Below, one piece after another: positions 1 to 8,857 of a stretch of DNA of 64,000 bases (position 1 is the stretch's first letter; every line of letters begins with the position of its first letter). The notes beneath the pieces were generated by a model. That model worked only from the letters and a program-made list of their open reading frames with translations, was not told where the DNA came from and did no database searches. The stretch spans positions 62,001-126,000 of the forward strand of contig MFPR01000030.1 of the NCBI GenBank assembly GCA_001784175.1, written 5' to 3'. A program made the translations under genes and the position numbers. Origin of the DNA: Candidatus Lindowbacteria bacterium RIFCSPLOWO2_12_FULL_62_27 (GTDB taxonomy: Bacteria > Lindowbacteria > 2-12-FULL-62-27).

Positions 1-3000
1 TCGAGGCGGCGCCGCTCAGCGTCACGGTGTCGCCGGCGATGCGGACGGTGTCGGATCCCGCGACGGAGGCGAGGGGCGGCGTGTTGAGGCCGGTGCAGAT
101 GATGTCGTCCGGCGCCGAGGTGTCCTTGCCGTCGAAGACGCGGAGACGAAATACATACACGCCGTAGGAATCGATCAGGACGCTCGGCGTCGCCGTGTTG
201 GCGCCCAGAATCGCCGGGGTTGTCGGCCCGGACACCTGCGACCACGTGTAGGCGAGCGTGTCGCCGTTCAGGTCCGTTGAGGCGAGGCCGCTCAGGGTGA
301 TCGTGTCCGGATGAAGGATCATCGCGTCGGGGCCGGCGTTGGCGGCCGGCGGAACGTTGCCGGCGGTGACGCGGACGGTGTCCGGGGCCGAGGTGTCGAA
401 TCCGTCGTTGACTTCGAGCTGGAAGATGTAAGTGTCCATAAACGCGGTGTCGAGGACGAAGGTCGGACTCGCGACCGTGAAAGACGGCGTCAGGGCCACC
501 GTCGGGGCGCCGTTGGCAGTCTGGGTCCACCGGTAGGTCAGCGGGTCGCCGTTGGTGTCCATCGACGCGCTGCCGTTCAGCGTGTCGACCGATCCGGCCG
601 GGACGACGACGTCGAGGCCGGCGTTGGCGACGGGCGGGGTGTTGGTCGCGGTGATGAGGATCGTGTCGGTCGCCGTGTCCGTGCCGTCGTCGACCACCAC
701 CTGGAACAGGTACTGGGTCACGCTGTCGGCGGACGCGAAGGCCGGGTTGGCGGCCGACGGGCCGGGCACGAGTGACACAAGCGGGCCGGTGATCCGCGTC
801 CAATTGTACGTCAGCGTGTCTTCGGTGTCGGCGTCGGTCGAGGCGGCGGCGTTCAGAAAGACCGTGTCCTTCTTCGTCACGGTCGCCGTTGCCGGGCCGG
901 CGTCGGCGATGGGTTTCGTGTTGACCACCGTGTCCTGGACCGTGTCGGCGTTCGTGTCCGTGCCGTCGTTTACGACCAGTTGAAATACATACGTGCCTTT
1001 CAGCGTCATGTAGACGCTCGCGGTTGCGGCCGTGGGGTTATTGATCGTGACGGCCAGGCCGGAAAGTTGCGTCCACGAGTAGGTCAGGGCGTCGCCGGCA
1101 TCGCTGTCGGTCGAGGCCACGCCGACCAGGAGAATCGTGTCGTTGTTGGGGCGGGTCGTGTCGAGACCGGCGTTGGATACCGGGAGCGTGTTCAGGACCG
1201 TGACCAGCACGGTGTCGTACGAGGTGTCGACCGCGTCGTTCACGCGGAGCTGGAAGACGTAGACGCCCTTGTTGGTCATGAAGACGCTTGCGACCGCAGC
1301 CGACGCGTTGTTGATCGACGCGGCCGGGCCGGAAAGCTTTGACCACAAATAGGCGAGCGTGTCGCCGTTGGCGTCGGACGAGCCGGCGCCGTTCAGGGTC
1401 ACCGTGTCGTTGTTCGGGACGCTCATCGTGTCCGGGCCGGCGTTGGCGACGGGCGCGACGTTGCCGGCCGTGACGCGGACGGTGTCCGGGGCCGAGGTGT
1501 CGAATCCGTCGTTGACTTCGAGCTGGAAGACATAATCTCCGATGAAGGATGTGTCCAGGACGAAGGTCGGAGTCGAAACCGTGAAGGACGGCGTCAGCGT
1601 GACCGTCGGGGCGCCGCTCGAAAGCTGGGTCCACCGGTAGGTCAGCGGGTCGCTGTCGGCGTCGGTCGAGCCGCTGCCGGTCAGGGTGTCGGTCGATCCG
1701 GCCGCCGTGCCGTGATCGATACCGGCGTTGGCGACCGGGACCGCGTTGACGGCCGTGATCTCGACCGTGTCGGCGGCCGTGTCCGTGCCGTCGCTCACGA
1801 CCATCTGGAAGACATACTTGGTGACGCTGTCGGCCGACACGAAGGCCGGGTTGACCACCAGGCTGTTGGGCATCAGGGACACGAACGGGCCGGAAAGCTG
1901 TGTCCACGTGTACGTCAGGCTGTCGCCCGTGTCGGCGTCGGTGGAGGCGGCGCCGGAGAGGTAGACGGTGTCCTTCTTGCTGACCGTCGTGTCCGGGTTG
2001 GTGATCGCGACGGGTTTGGTGTTGAGCGCCGTGATCTGCACGGTGTCGAACGTTGTGTCCACCGCGTCGCTTACGCCGAGCTGGAAGACGTAGACGCCCT
2101 TGTTGGTCATGAAGACGCTCGCGACGGCGCTCGCCGGGTTGTTGATCGACGCGGTGGGGCCGGACAGCTTGGTCCACGAATACGTGAGCGAGTCGCCGTT
2201 GCCGTCGGACGAGCCGGCGCCGTTCAGCGTCGCCGTGTCGTTGTTCGGCACGCTCGTGTCCGGGCCGGCGTTGGCGACCGGCGGGATGTTGCCGGCGGAG
2301 ATGCGGATCGTATCGAAGGACGAGTCGCCGTAAACGTCCGTCACCGTCAGGCGGAACACGTAGGCGCCGGTGTAGGCCGAATCGGACGCGAACGACGGAT
2401 TAGCGGCGGTGGCGCCTGGCGTCAGCGTCATGACCGGGCCCGTCTCCTGGGTCCACTGGTAACTCAGCGAATCCCCGTCCGGATCGCTGGAGGCGGCGCC
2501 TGAGAGCGCCACCGTGCTGCCCGCCACGATGCCCGTGTCGGGACCGGCGTTGGCGATGGGCTTGCGGTTGATCACGCCGACCGGCAAGCCCACCGTGTCG
2601 TCGCCGCGGCCGGCGTAGGGGGCGTTGTTGAAGCCGATGTATCCGCCCGAGTCGCCGCCGGCGCCGCTTCGCGCCGTGGCCCGGATCGTCACGTCGATCG
2701 TGTCGTTCCGGGGCGCGGTGGGTTTCACGAAAATTGCGACTTTGATGTTCCCCGTCGAATCGGGCGGCAGGTTCAGAGACGATATCTGGGTCGCGCCCGA
2801 GGCCTCCCAGAAGCTGATGACCACGCTGTCGGACACGTCAAACCCGTTCGACCGGCGCTTGACGCTTGCCGCGCTGAAGAGCAGTGAGTCGGTGGCGTTG
2901 CCCGCGTTGGTGACCGACACGTCATGCCACGCCGTGTCGGGCGGGGGCATCACAAAGGTGTCGGGCGACAGGCGCGCCAGAGAATCGCCGTAGACGGCCG

Positions 3001-3229
3001 AGATCGTCGCGCTGACCGACAGGGGCGTCGTGGCGAACTTGGTGTCGTTGCCGGCCGGGCTGGTGACGGTGGCGACGATGTCGCCGGTTACATCCGCCAC
3101 GTTGGCCGCCCCGCCGTCTCCTCCAACGGCGATGACCGACCCGGCCAAAGCGCCTGCCGCGCGGACCTCGGAAGGACAGACCAGTCCCAGACTCGCCATA
3201 TATAATATGGAGAGGAGGAGAAGGGACAT
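1..3229 (-). CDS. Large secreted surface protein, partial (runs off the left edge): signal peptide, N-module shared with 3408-4514, then at least nine ~92-aa PKD/KIAA0319-like Ig repeats
   Basis: Absent from the ORF track, apparently because no stop lies in the window. Manual translation from ATG 3229 gives MSLLLLSILYMASLGLVCPSEVRA-AGALAGSVIAVGGDGGAANVADVTGDIV..., then repeats of PxANAGPDT..V.LxGxxSxDxxGDxLTYxWTQxSGP...YVFxLxVxD. The same frame still reads DTVTLSGAAS at positions 2-31. An in-frame GTG/TTG start slightly upstream is possible. Confidence 0.85.
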   Translation of the reverse strand, partial: MSLLLLSILYMASLGLVCPSEVRAAGALAGSVIAVGGDGGAANVADVTGDIVATVTSPAGNDTKFATTPLSVSATISAVYGDSLARLSPDTFVMPPPDTAWHDVSVTNAGNATDSLLFSAASVKRRSNGFDVSDSVVISFWEASGATQISSLNLPPDSTGNIKVAIFVKPTAPRNDTIDVTIRATARSGAGGDSGGYIGFNNAPYAGRGDDTVGLPVGVINRKPIANAGPDTGIVAGSTVALSGAASSDPDGDSLSYQWTQETGPVMTLTPGATAANPSFASDSAYTGAYVFRLTVTDVYGDSSFDTIRISAGNIPPVANAGPDTSVPNNDTATLNGAGSSDGNGDSLTYSWTKLSGPTASINNPASAVASVFMTNKGVYVFQLGVSDAVDTTFDTVQITALNTKPVAITNPDTTVSKKDTVYLSGAASTDADTGDSLTYTWTQLSGPFVSLMPNSLVVNPAFVSADSVTKYVFQMVVSDGTDTAADTVEITAVNAVPVANAGIDHGTAAGSTDTLTGSGSTDADSDPLTYRWTQLSSGAPTVTLTPSFTVSTPTFVLDTSFIGDYVFQLEVNDGFDTSAPDTVRVTAGNVAPVANAGPDTMSVPNNDTVTLNGAGSSDANGDTLAYLWSKLSGPAASINNASAAVASVFMTNKGVYVFQLRVNDAVDTSYDTVLVTVLNTLPVSNAGLDTTRPNNDTILLVGVASTDSDAGDALTYSWTQLSGLAVTINNPTAATASVYMTLKGTYVFQLVVNDGTDTNADTVQDTVVNTKPIADAGPATATVTKKDTVFLNAAASTDADTEDTLTYNWTRITGPLVSLVPGPSAANPAFASADSVTQYLFQVVVDDGTDTATDTILITATNTPPVANAGLDVVVPAGSVDTLNGSASMDTNGDPLTYRWTQTANGAPTVALTPSFTVASPTFVLDTAFMDTYIFQLEVNDGFDTSAPDTVRVTAGNVPPAANAGPDAMILHPDTITLSGLASTDLNGDTLAYTWSQVSGPTTPAILGANTATPSVLIDSYGVYVFRLRVFDGKDTSAPDDIICTGLNTPPLASVAGSDTVRIAGDTVTLSGAAS

Positions 3230-3235
3230 GCCTGG

Positions 3236-3300
3236 GATTTTAGATTTTGGATTTTGGATTTTGGATTTAAACCCAAAACCCGCAACCCGCAATCCGCATC
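3236..3300. repeat. Heptamer short tandem repeats (GATTTTG)n followed by (AACCCGC)-type units
   Basis: Sequence gattttagattttggattttggattttggatttaaacccaaaacccgcaacccgcaatccgc; the same unit recurs at 8858-8899. Confidence 0.8.
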
Positions 3301-3359
3301 CCACGGCGTTCAGTTCAGTCTTCCCGCCGTCAGGTCCGCGCATGCAGACTCCAATCTCT

Positions 3360-3394
3360 GTCGTCGTCATACCCGCGCAAGCGGGAATGACGAC
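3360..3394. repeat. REP-like hairpin (GTCATACCCGCGCAAGCGGGAATGAC), possible mRNA stabiliser or terminator after the major subunit gene
   Basis: Inverted repeat gtcgtcat-a-cccgc-gcaa-gcggg-a-atgacgac; same family as the element at 35120-35252. Confidence 0.7.
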
Positions 3395-3407
3395 CTGGAT
3401 CGCTGAA

Positions 3408-4514
3408 TTACTTAATGTAAACCCTGAATCTCACATACCCCGCGTCGACGTCCGGGGAGACCGCGTCCACCGTGCCGGCATTATCGCCGTTGGTCGGGCC
3501 CACGCCGAGGTTAAACGTCCACTTGATCATCGCCGCGGCCGGATCCGTGTCGCCCACGACAACGCCTGCGGTGTCCGTGATCGTGATTGTCGCCAGCGCG
3601 CCGGTGTGCGGGAACGCCGTCGCCGAATCGCCATTGGCGGCTGTCCCGAGCGTCGTGAACTGCGGGATACGGACCTTGATCGTGAAGCCCACGCCGGTGT
3701 CGTTTCCGTCGTTGTCGTAGCGGATCGTGTACTCGACTTTGGCGCCGGGAACCGTGTCGACCGCCAAGCCGGCATAGCTTGTCGGCGCCGAGATGATGGC
3801 CGACGTGTCGAGCGCCAGGCGGATATTCACATCCTTGACGTTCACGCCGAAGGTGACGTTCGCGTTGCCGTCGCCGGCGTACGAGTCGCCGTTAAAGCCG
3901 CCGTACCCGCCGGAATCGCCGCCCACGCCGTTGTTGGGCAGGGTCTTGATCACGGCGTCCGCCAGGCCCAGCGCGCCGGGCGTGTCGTGCGAGATGGTGA
4001 TCGTCACCTGCGTTTCCGCGCCGGGTGGAATCGATGAGAGGGTGAACGCGGCGTAGCTGTCGTTGCCGTTCTGGTAGATGGTCACCCCGTTGACCTTGAT
4101 GGTCACCGAATCCTTGGCCGCGCCGGTGACGGCGGCGGTGTCGGTCTTGATCTTGATGTTGTCCGTCACGTTGGCGTAGTTCGTGATGGCCAGCGTGAAG
4201 TTCGCAACGCCGCCCGGCGACAGGCCGAGGGTGGCCGCGCCGATGGCGCCGGCGGTGTCACCGAACACCGAGATGATGCTCGCCGAGAGGTTCGCGCCGA
4301 TGTTCGTCTTGAACTGCGTGTCGCTGCCGAGAGAGCTGGTATAGCTGGCGACGATGTCGCCGAAGACGTCGGCCTGGTTGGCCGAGCCTCCGTCACCGCC
4401 GACCGCGACGACCGAGCCGGAAGCCGCGCCGGAGACGTACTTGGCGTCCGCCGGAGCGCTCCAGACCAGTGCCAGGACCGCGATCGCAGCAATTGAAATC
4501 AGTAGTCTGTGCAT
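3408..4514 (-). CDS. Secreted 368-aa protein with N-module and DUF11-like C-module; putative major filament or surface subunit
   Basis: Signal peptide ending ADA; strong RBS GGAGGAGAAGGGAC-ATG; DUF11-like segment VPGAKVEYTIRYDNDGNDTGVGFTIKVRIP; ends DAGYVRFRVYIK. Confidence 0.85.
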   Translation of the reverse strand: MHRLLISIAAIAVLALVWSAPADAKYVSGAASGSVVAVGGDGGSANQADVFGDIVASYTSSLGSDTQFKTNIGANLSASIISVFGDTAGAIGAATLGLSPGGVANFTLAITNYANVTDNIKIKTDTAAVTGAAKDSVTIKVNGVTIYQNGNDSYAAFTLSSIPPGAETQVTITISHDTPGALGLADAVIKTLPNNGVGGDSGGYGGFNGDSYAGDGNANVTFGVNVKDVNIRLALDTSAIISAPTSYAGLAVDTVPGAKVEYTIRYDNDGNDTGVGFTIKVRIPQFTTLGTAANGDSATAFPHTGALATITITDTAGVVVGDTDPAAAMIKWTFNLGVGPTNGDNAGTVDAVSPDVDAGYVRFRVYIK

Positions 4515-4599
4515 GTCCCTTCTCCTCCAAAAAAGTTGTCGCTCAAACGAGTTGAGCCAGGATCTATGTCAAGGATTTCTCCTGAAATCTGTAACTTCG

Positions 4600-6801
4600 T
4601 CACTTGATGTAGACCTTATATTTTACGTACCCGGCGTCGTTATCAGACGTCACCGCGTCGACGACGCCGACGGCGTCACCGTTGTTCGGGGGCACGCCGG
4701 TGGTGAACGTCCATTTGATGCGCACGGCGTTGGGGTCGGTGTCGGCCACGACGTTGCCGGAATCGTCCATGACGGTGACTGCGGCTGTGGCGCCGACGTG
4801 CGGCATGAGGAACGCCGACGCGGCCGGGGAATCGGCGCCGGTGCCGAGCTGGGCGTTCTGCGGGATCTTGGCGGTCAGGACGAAATTGACGGCGGTGTCG
4901 CCGCCGTCGTTGTCGTAACGCAGGGTGATGGTCATCGCGGCGCCGGGGATCGTGTCGTTGGCGGCGCCGCCGTAAGAGGCCGGGGTGACGATCGTGTCCT
5001 GCGCGATCCCAATCAGGACTTTGGGCCGGCCGGAGATGACGCGCAGGACGCCCATCGAATTCATGTCGGTGTCCGGCGCGTCGCCCGTGAGGACATGGGT
5101 CGCGGCGGCTTTGAGTATCCTGGCGTCGATCGTGTCGTCCACCGGGGCCGTGTCGGTCACCTCCACCGTCACCATGAAATTTTTCGTATCGCCCGGTGCG
5201 AGGACCCGCGGCGCGAAAGTGAAATTGACCACGCCGCTCACCAGCGTGCGGCTGTCGCCGAGAATGTCGGCGGGTTCGAGGAGCCCCAGAATGCCCGTGT
5301 CCTCCCAGAGTTTGATGCCGAGCGGAACGAAGACGGTGTCCGGAGAGAGGATAATATTGACCTGAAGGCCGGTGATCGTGTCGGTCTGGCTGGCGTTGTC
5401 TTTCGGCAGGTCGTTCGTCACTGAAAACGCCATGATCACCGCCGTGTCGCCCTGCCGAACCTCGGTATCGGCGTTGCGGGCCTTGCCGTCGAGAACGGCG
5501 TTGACGACCGCGTTCACGATTTGCGAGTCGCCCACGTCGCCCGGGTCGGTGTATCGCATCCGGACGGTGTCGCCGGGCTGGATGTAAAGCTTGCCGCTGT
5601 TGTGCCCGTTGTCGGCGGAATTGCCGCTGAAGCGGAACTCGGTTTCGAAAATGGCGTTGTTGGTATCCTTTTCCGTCAACACGGGCGTTTCCTGCTCGCC
5701 GGAGCCGAGGTTGATCATCGTGATCGTGAACGTCTCCGCCACGGTCGGATTCGTGTTGACGCCGGTGTCGGTCACGCGGATCGTCATCGTCTCGCCGGGC
5801 GCGACGCCTATCACGCTCATCCCGCCGTGGATCGCCTGTAAAAGGCCGGCGGAGTTGGATGCGGGCGGAAGTCTATACCCCCAGAAGTTGGCGGTGTTGC
5901 CCGCAAAGGCATAAAGGGTGTCGCCTGAACCGGGATACACCAGCGCTCCGCCGTAAGACACGCCGGTCGGGGTGGCCGCCTTCGTGTCCCAGGTGTTCGT
6001 GCTGATGTGATAGGCCCAGAAATTGGTGCTGGTACCCCCGCGAAGAGCGTAAATGATGTCGCCCGAACCGGGATAGACCAACCCTCCGCCGTAATTCACG
6101 CCGGCCGGGGTGGATGCCTTCGTTGTCCACGTATCATTGCTGATGGAATATCCCCAGAAGGCGTCGCCCGTACTCCAGTTCCCCTCGAGGGCGTAAAGGG
6201 TGTCGCCCGAACCGGGATACACCAACGATCCGCCGTAATTCGTGTAGTTGGGCGCGGCCGCCTTCGTTTCCCACGTGTTGGTACTGATGGTGTATTTCCA
6301 GAAGGTGGTAGTGGTATTGCCCTGAAAGGCATAGATCGTGTCCGAGCCAGTAGCCACCAACGCTCCGCCGCGCATAACATTGCCTGAGACGGACGTCAGC
6401 GAAGTCCACGCGTTATTGCTGATGGAGTATCCCCAGAAGCCGGTGGTAGCGTTGCCGGCAAGAGCGTAAATGGTGTCGCCCGAGCCGGGATAGACCAACC
6501 CTCCGCCCTCGTCGACGCTGGCCGGGGTGGCCGCCCTCACGAACCATGAGTCGGCGGAAATGGAATACCCCCAGAAGGTGTTGGTGATGCCGCCTTGGAA
6601 GGCATAAATGGTGTCACCCGAAGCGGGACACACGAGCGACGCGCCATTACCCACGGAGGCGGGGGCGGACGCGCGGGTGTCCCAGGTGTCCGCCGCGTTC
6701 GCGTCGGGAGTGAAAAGTGCAAAGTGGAAAGTGAAGAGTGCGAGGATGAGGCAGACTTGGAGACAGGGGGACAAGGAAACAATGTTATTGACTTTTGCCA
6801 T
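4600..6801 (-). CDS. Secreted protein: six-bladed Kelch-like beta-propeller, Ig-like domains, and the C-module shared with 3408-4514; putative tip adhesin
   Basis: Start ATG 6801 after GGAG; signal peptide; six ~46-aa repeats W.TKAATP..V.YGG.LVYPGSGDTIYA..G....FWGYSIS; ends DAGYVKYKVYIK. Confidence 0.85.
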   Translation of the reverse strand: MAKVNNIVSLSPCLQVCLILALFTFHFALFTPDANAADTWDTRASAPASVGNGASLVCPASGDTIYAFQGGITNTFWGYSISADSWFVRAATPASVDEGGGLVYPGSGDTIYALAGNATTGFWGYSISNNAWTSLTSVSGNVMRGGALVATGSDTIYAFQGNTTTTFWKYTISTNTWETKAAAPNYTNYGGSLVYPGSGDTLYALEGNWSTGDAFWGYSISNDTWTTKASTPAGVNYGGGLVYPGSGDIIYALRGGTSTNFWAYHISTNTWDTKAATPTGVSYGGALVYPGSGDTLYAFAGNTANFWGYRLPPASNSAGLLQAIHGGMSVIGVAPGETMTIRVTDTGVNTNPTVAETFTITMINLGSGEQETPVLTEKDTNNAIFETEFRFSGNSADNGHNSGKLYIQPGDTVRMRYTDPGDVGDSQIVNAVVNAVLDGKARNADTEVRQGDTAVIMAFSVTNDLPKDNASQTDTITGLQVNIILSPDTVFVPLGIKLWEDTGILGLLEPADILGDSRTLVSGVVNFTFAPRVLAPGDTKNFMVTVEVTDTAPVDDTIDARILKAAATHVLTGDAPDTDMNSMGVLRVISGRPKVLIGIAQDTIVTPASYGGAANDTIPGAAMTITLRYDNDGGDTAVNFVLTAKIPQNAQLGTGADSPAASAFLMPHVGATAAVTVMDDSGNVVADTDPNAVRIKWTFTTGVPPNNGDAVGVVDAVTSDNDAGYVKYKVYIK

Positions 6802-6882
6802 CACTCCACCACCAGCCACGGAGGCAGACGGATCGGTGTGCGCGGGGCGGACCCATCCAATACTTAATTGGAAAGATATGTT

Positions 6883-6898
6883 TGTGATCTGGATCACA
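6883..6898. promoter_or_regulatory. CRP/FNR-family-type operator, TGTGA-N6-TCACA
   Basis: TGTGATCTGGATCACA, one mismatch to the CRP core consensus TGTGATCTAGATCACA, in the leader of the surface-protein operon. Confidence 0.7.
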
Positions 6899-7070
6899 TT
6901 GGCGAGGCAGGTTCGCACGAAAGGCCCTCCGACTTTTTGGTATTTGATCAGTCGGCCGGGCCTGTTTGGCACTTGACCGGGGTGGCTCCCTGCAGAAATA
7001 GCCTATTCATAAGTCCTATATCCATCCATATAATAGTCGGCAGGACCGACCCCTCAGTTAATACCTGCAA

Positions 7071-7099
7071 AGATTAACCGGCGGGTGGGGAAAAGTCAA
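7071..7099 (-). promoter_or_regulatory. Sigma70-type promoter for the surface-protein operon
   Basis: Minus strand reads TTGACT-17 nt-TAATCT. Confidence 0.6.
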
Positions 7100-7109
7100 G
7101 GAAAAAGAT

Positions 7110-7125
7110 TGTGATCTGGGTCACA
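7110..7125. promoter_or_regulatory. Second CRP/FNR-family-type operator
   Basis: TGTGATCTGGGTCACA (ATT/AAT flanks), just upstream of the -35 box and overlapping the pgl stop codon. Confidence 0.65.
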
Positions 7126-7858
7126 ATCCCGGAATTGCGGCGTCGACCAGCCACGTCAGGCGGCCATTCGTGGGGCGGACGCCTTGGGACGGGTAGAGGT
7201 CGGCGTTCGGGGCGCCGTGGAGGACCTCGCGGAGGGCGGCGGCCTTGTCGGCGCCGGCGACCATGAAGAGGACGTGGGCGGCGGCGTTCAGGACCGGGTA
7301 GGTCAGGGTCACGCGGTCGGCGGGGGTCGGGGTGCCGGCGAATTTATCGACGTGGGTGGAGACCACCCACCGCTTCGTCTCATTCAGGGCGGCCGTGCCC
7401 GGAAAAAGCGATGCGGTGTGACCGTCGGGGCCCATGCCCAAGAGGATGAGGTCAAACCGCGGGAATGGGCGGTCATCGGTTTCGCCGAAGATGCGGAGGA
7501 GCGTACCCTCGTACTCGGCGGCGGCGATGTTGGGCGGGGCCTCGCCGCGGATGCGGTGGATCTGGCGTTTGGGGATGGAGACGTTCATGAGGAGGCTGGC
7601 GTTGGCCATGCGGTAGTTGCTGTAATCGCTTTCGGGGGTGACACAGCGTTCATCGCCGAAGAAGATGTGGACCTTTTGCCAATCGATCCTGTCCCGGTAC
7701 ATGTCCGCCGCCAGGAGTTCATACATGCCCCTGGGGGTCGAACCGCCGGCGAGTGCGACGGTAAACCGATCGCCGGCGCGGCCGACGGCCTCAGAGAAGA
7801 GAGCGGCGGCTTTCTGGAAGATTTCTCCGGGCGACGGGCAGACGATCAGGTCGGGCAA
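7121..7858 (-). CDS. pgl: 6-phosphogluconolactonase
   Basis: Motifs ALAGGSTP, FFGDERCV, LLGMGPDGHTASLFP, RVTLT; pentose phosphate operon context. Confidence 0.95.
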   Translation of the reverse strand: MPDLIVCPSPGEIFQKAAALFSEAVGRAGDRFTVALAGGSTPRGMYELLAADMYRDRIDWQKVHIFFGDERCVTPESDYSNYRMANASLLMNVSIPKRQIHRIRGEAPPNIAAAEYEGTLLRIFGETDDRPFPRFDLILLGMGPDGHTASLFPGTAALNETKRWVVSTHVDKFAGTPTPADRVTLTYPVLNAAAHVLFMVAGADKAAALREVLHGAPNADLYPSQGVRPTNGRLTWLVDAAIPGL

Positions 7859-7873
7859 GGCTTTTCCAAAGAA

Positions 7874-8851
7874 TCACCGCGTGGCCGCGTAGTACGCGGC
7901 GCCGAGGAGGGCGGTCTTGTCGTTGAGGATGACCTTGACCGGGATTTTTTTCAGGAGGTTCTGAAAGCGTCCCTTGGCGAAGAAGGCCTGCATGAAGGTC
8001 CCGTCCTTGAGCTTGTCGATGATCTTGGGCCCTATCCCCCCTCCGATGTAAAGTCCGCCGGTGGCCATGGCTTTGAGGGCGAGGTTGCCGGCCTCGGCGC
8101 CGTAGACGGAGACGAAGAGATCGAGCGTTTTGGCGCAGAGGTCGGACTTGCCGGCGAGGCCGGCTTTCGTGATGGCCGCGCTCGGGTCCATCTTCTGCAT
8201 CTCCTCCGTCAGCCACGCGGGTTCGGTTCCGAACCGGCCGGTCGATTTGAGGAAGTCATAGACGTTCTTGAATCCCGGGCCGGAGAGGACGCGCTCGCAA
8301 CTGACGTGCTGGGGCCATTTGGCCAGGAGGAATTTGAAAAGCTCGATTTCGAGGTCGTTGCGAGGCGCGAGGTCGGCGTGGCCGCCCTCGATGCCGAAGG
8401 CGTGGTGCGTTTCGCCGTCGAAGAACATCATGGCTTCGCCCAGTCCCGTGCCCGCGGCGATGACGGCACGGTTGCCTTTCGCTTTCGCGTCGCCGTCGTG
8501 GAGGACGTGAAAATCTGTTTTTTTCAGGACCGCGACCCCCCAAGCGTTGGACTCGAGATCATTCAAGAGCCACACCGGCGCACGCTTCAGTTTCCTTGAC
8601 AGCGCCTTGCCGTCCACGACCCACGGGAGGTTGGTGGCTTCGCAGCGGTTGCCGATGACCGGCCCCGCAATCCCGAAACATGCACGGTCGACCTTTTCCG
8701 GAAATTTTTTCAAATAGTCAGTGACGATCGCTTCAAGGCTCGAATTTTCCTTGCTGGAATAGGTTTTAAGATTTCGGGGCGTGTAGCAGTCCTTGCTGGT
8801 GAAAAAGGCGAGATTGGTTTTGGTGCCCCCGATATCACCGGCGAGGATCAC
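7874..8851 (-). CDS. glk: Glucokinase
   Basis: ILAGDIGGTKT, FGIAGPV, LLNDLE, GTGLG, EGGH, ERVLSGPG. GTG 8851 is preferred as start; the upstream extension is heptamer repeat. Confidence 0.95.
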   Translation of the reverse strand: MILAGDIGGTKTNLAFFTSKDCYTPRNLKTYSSKENSSLEAIVTDYLKKFPEKVDRACFGIAGPVIGNRCEATNLPWVVDGKALSRKLKRAPVWLLNDLESNAWGVAVLKKTDFHVLHDGDAKAKGNRAVIAAGTGLGEAMMFFDGETHHAFGIEGGHADLAPRNDLEIELFKFLLAKWPQHVSCERVLSGPGFKNVYDFLKSTGRFGTEPAWLTEEMQKMDPSAAITKAGLAGKSDLCAKTLDLFVSVYGAEAGNLALKAMATGGLYIGGGIGPKIIDKLKDGTFMQAFFAKGRFQNLLKKIPVKVILNDKTALLGAAYYAATR

Positions 8852-8857
8852 GGTTTT

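Noticed and set aside
311-4037. Plus-strand ORFs and the 1038..2177 minus ORF over the surface-protein genes
   Set aside because: Shadow or alternate frames of GC-rich genes; the real frame is the untracked minus-strand ORF from 3229 to the edge.
6802-6972. N-terminal extension of the 790-aa ORF
   Set aside because: It overlaps the CRP-like box and leader; the signal peptide and SD fit ATG 6801.
6802-7064. Riboswitch in the long leader of the surface operon
   Set aside because: Hairpins are present, but I could not match c-di-GMP, SAM, cobalamin or other conserved aptamer cores.
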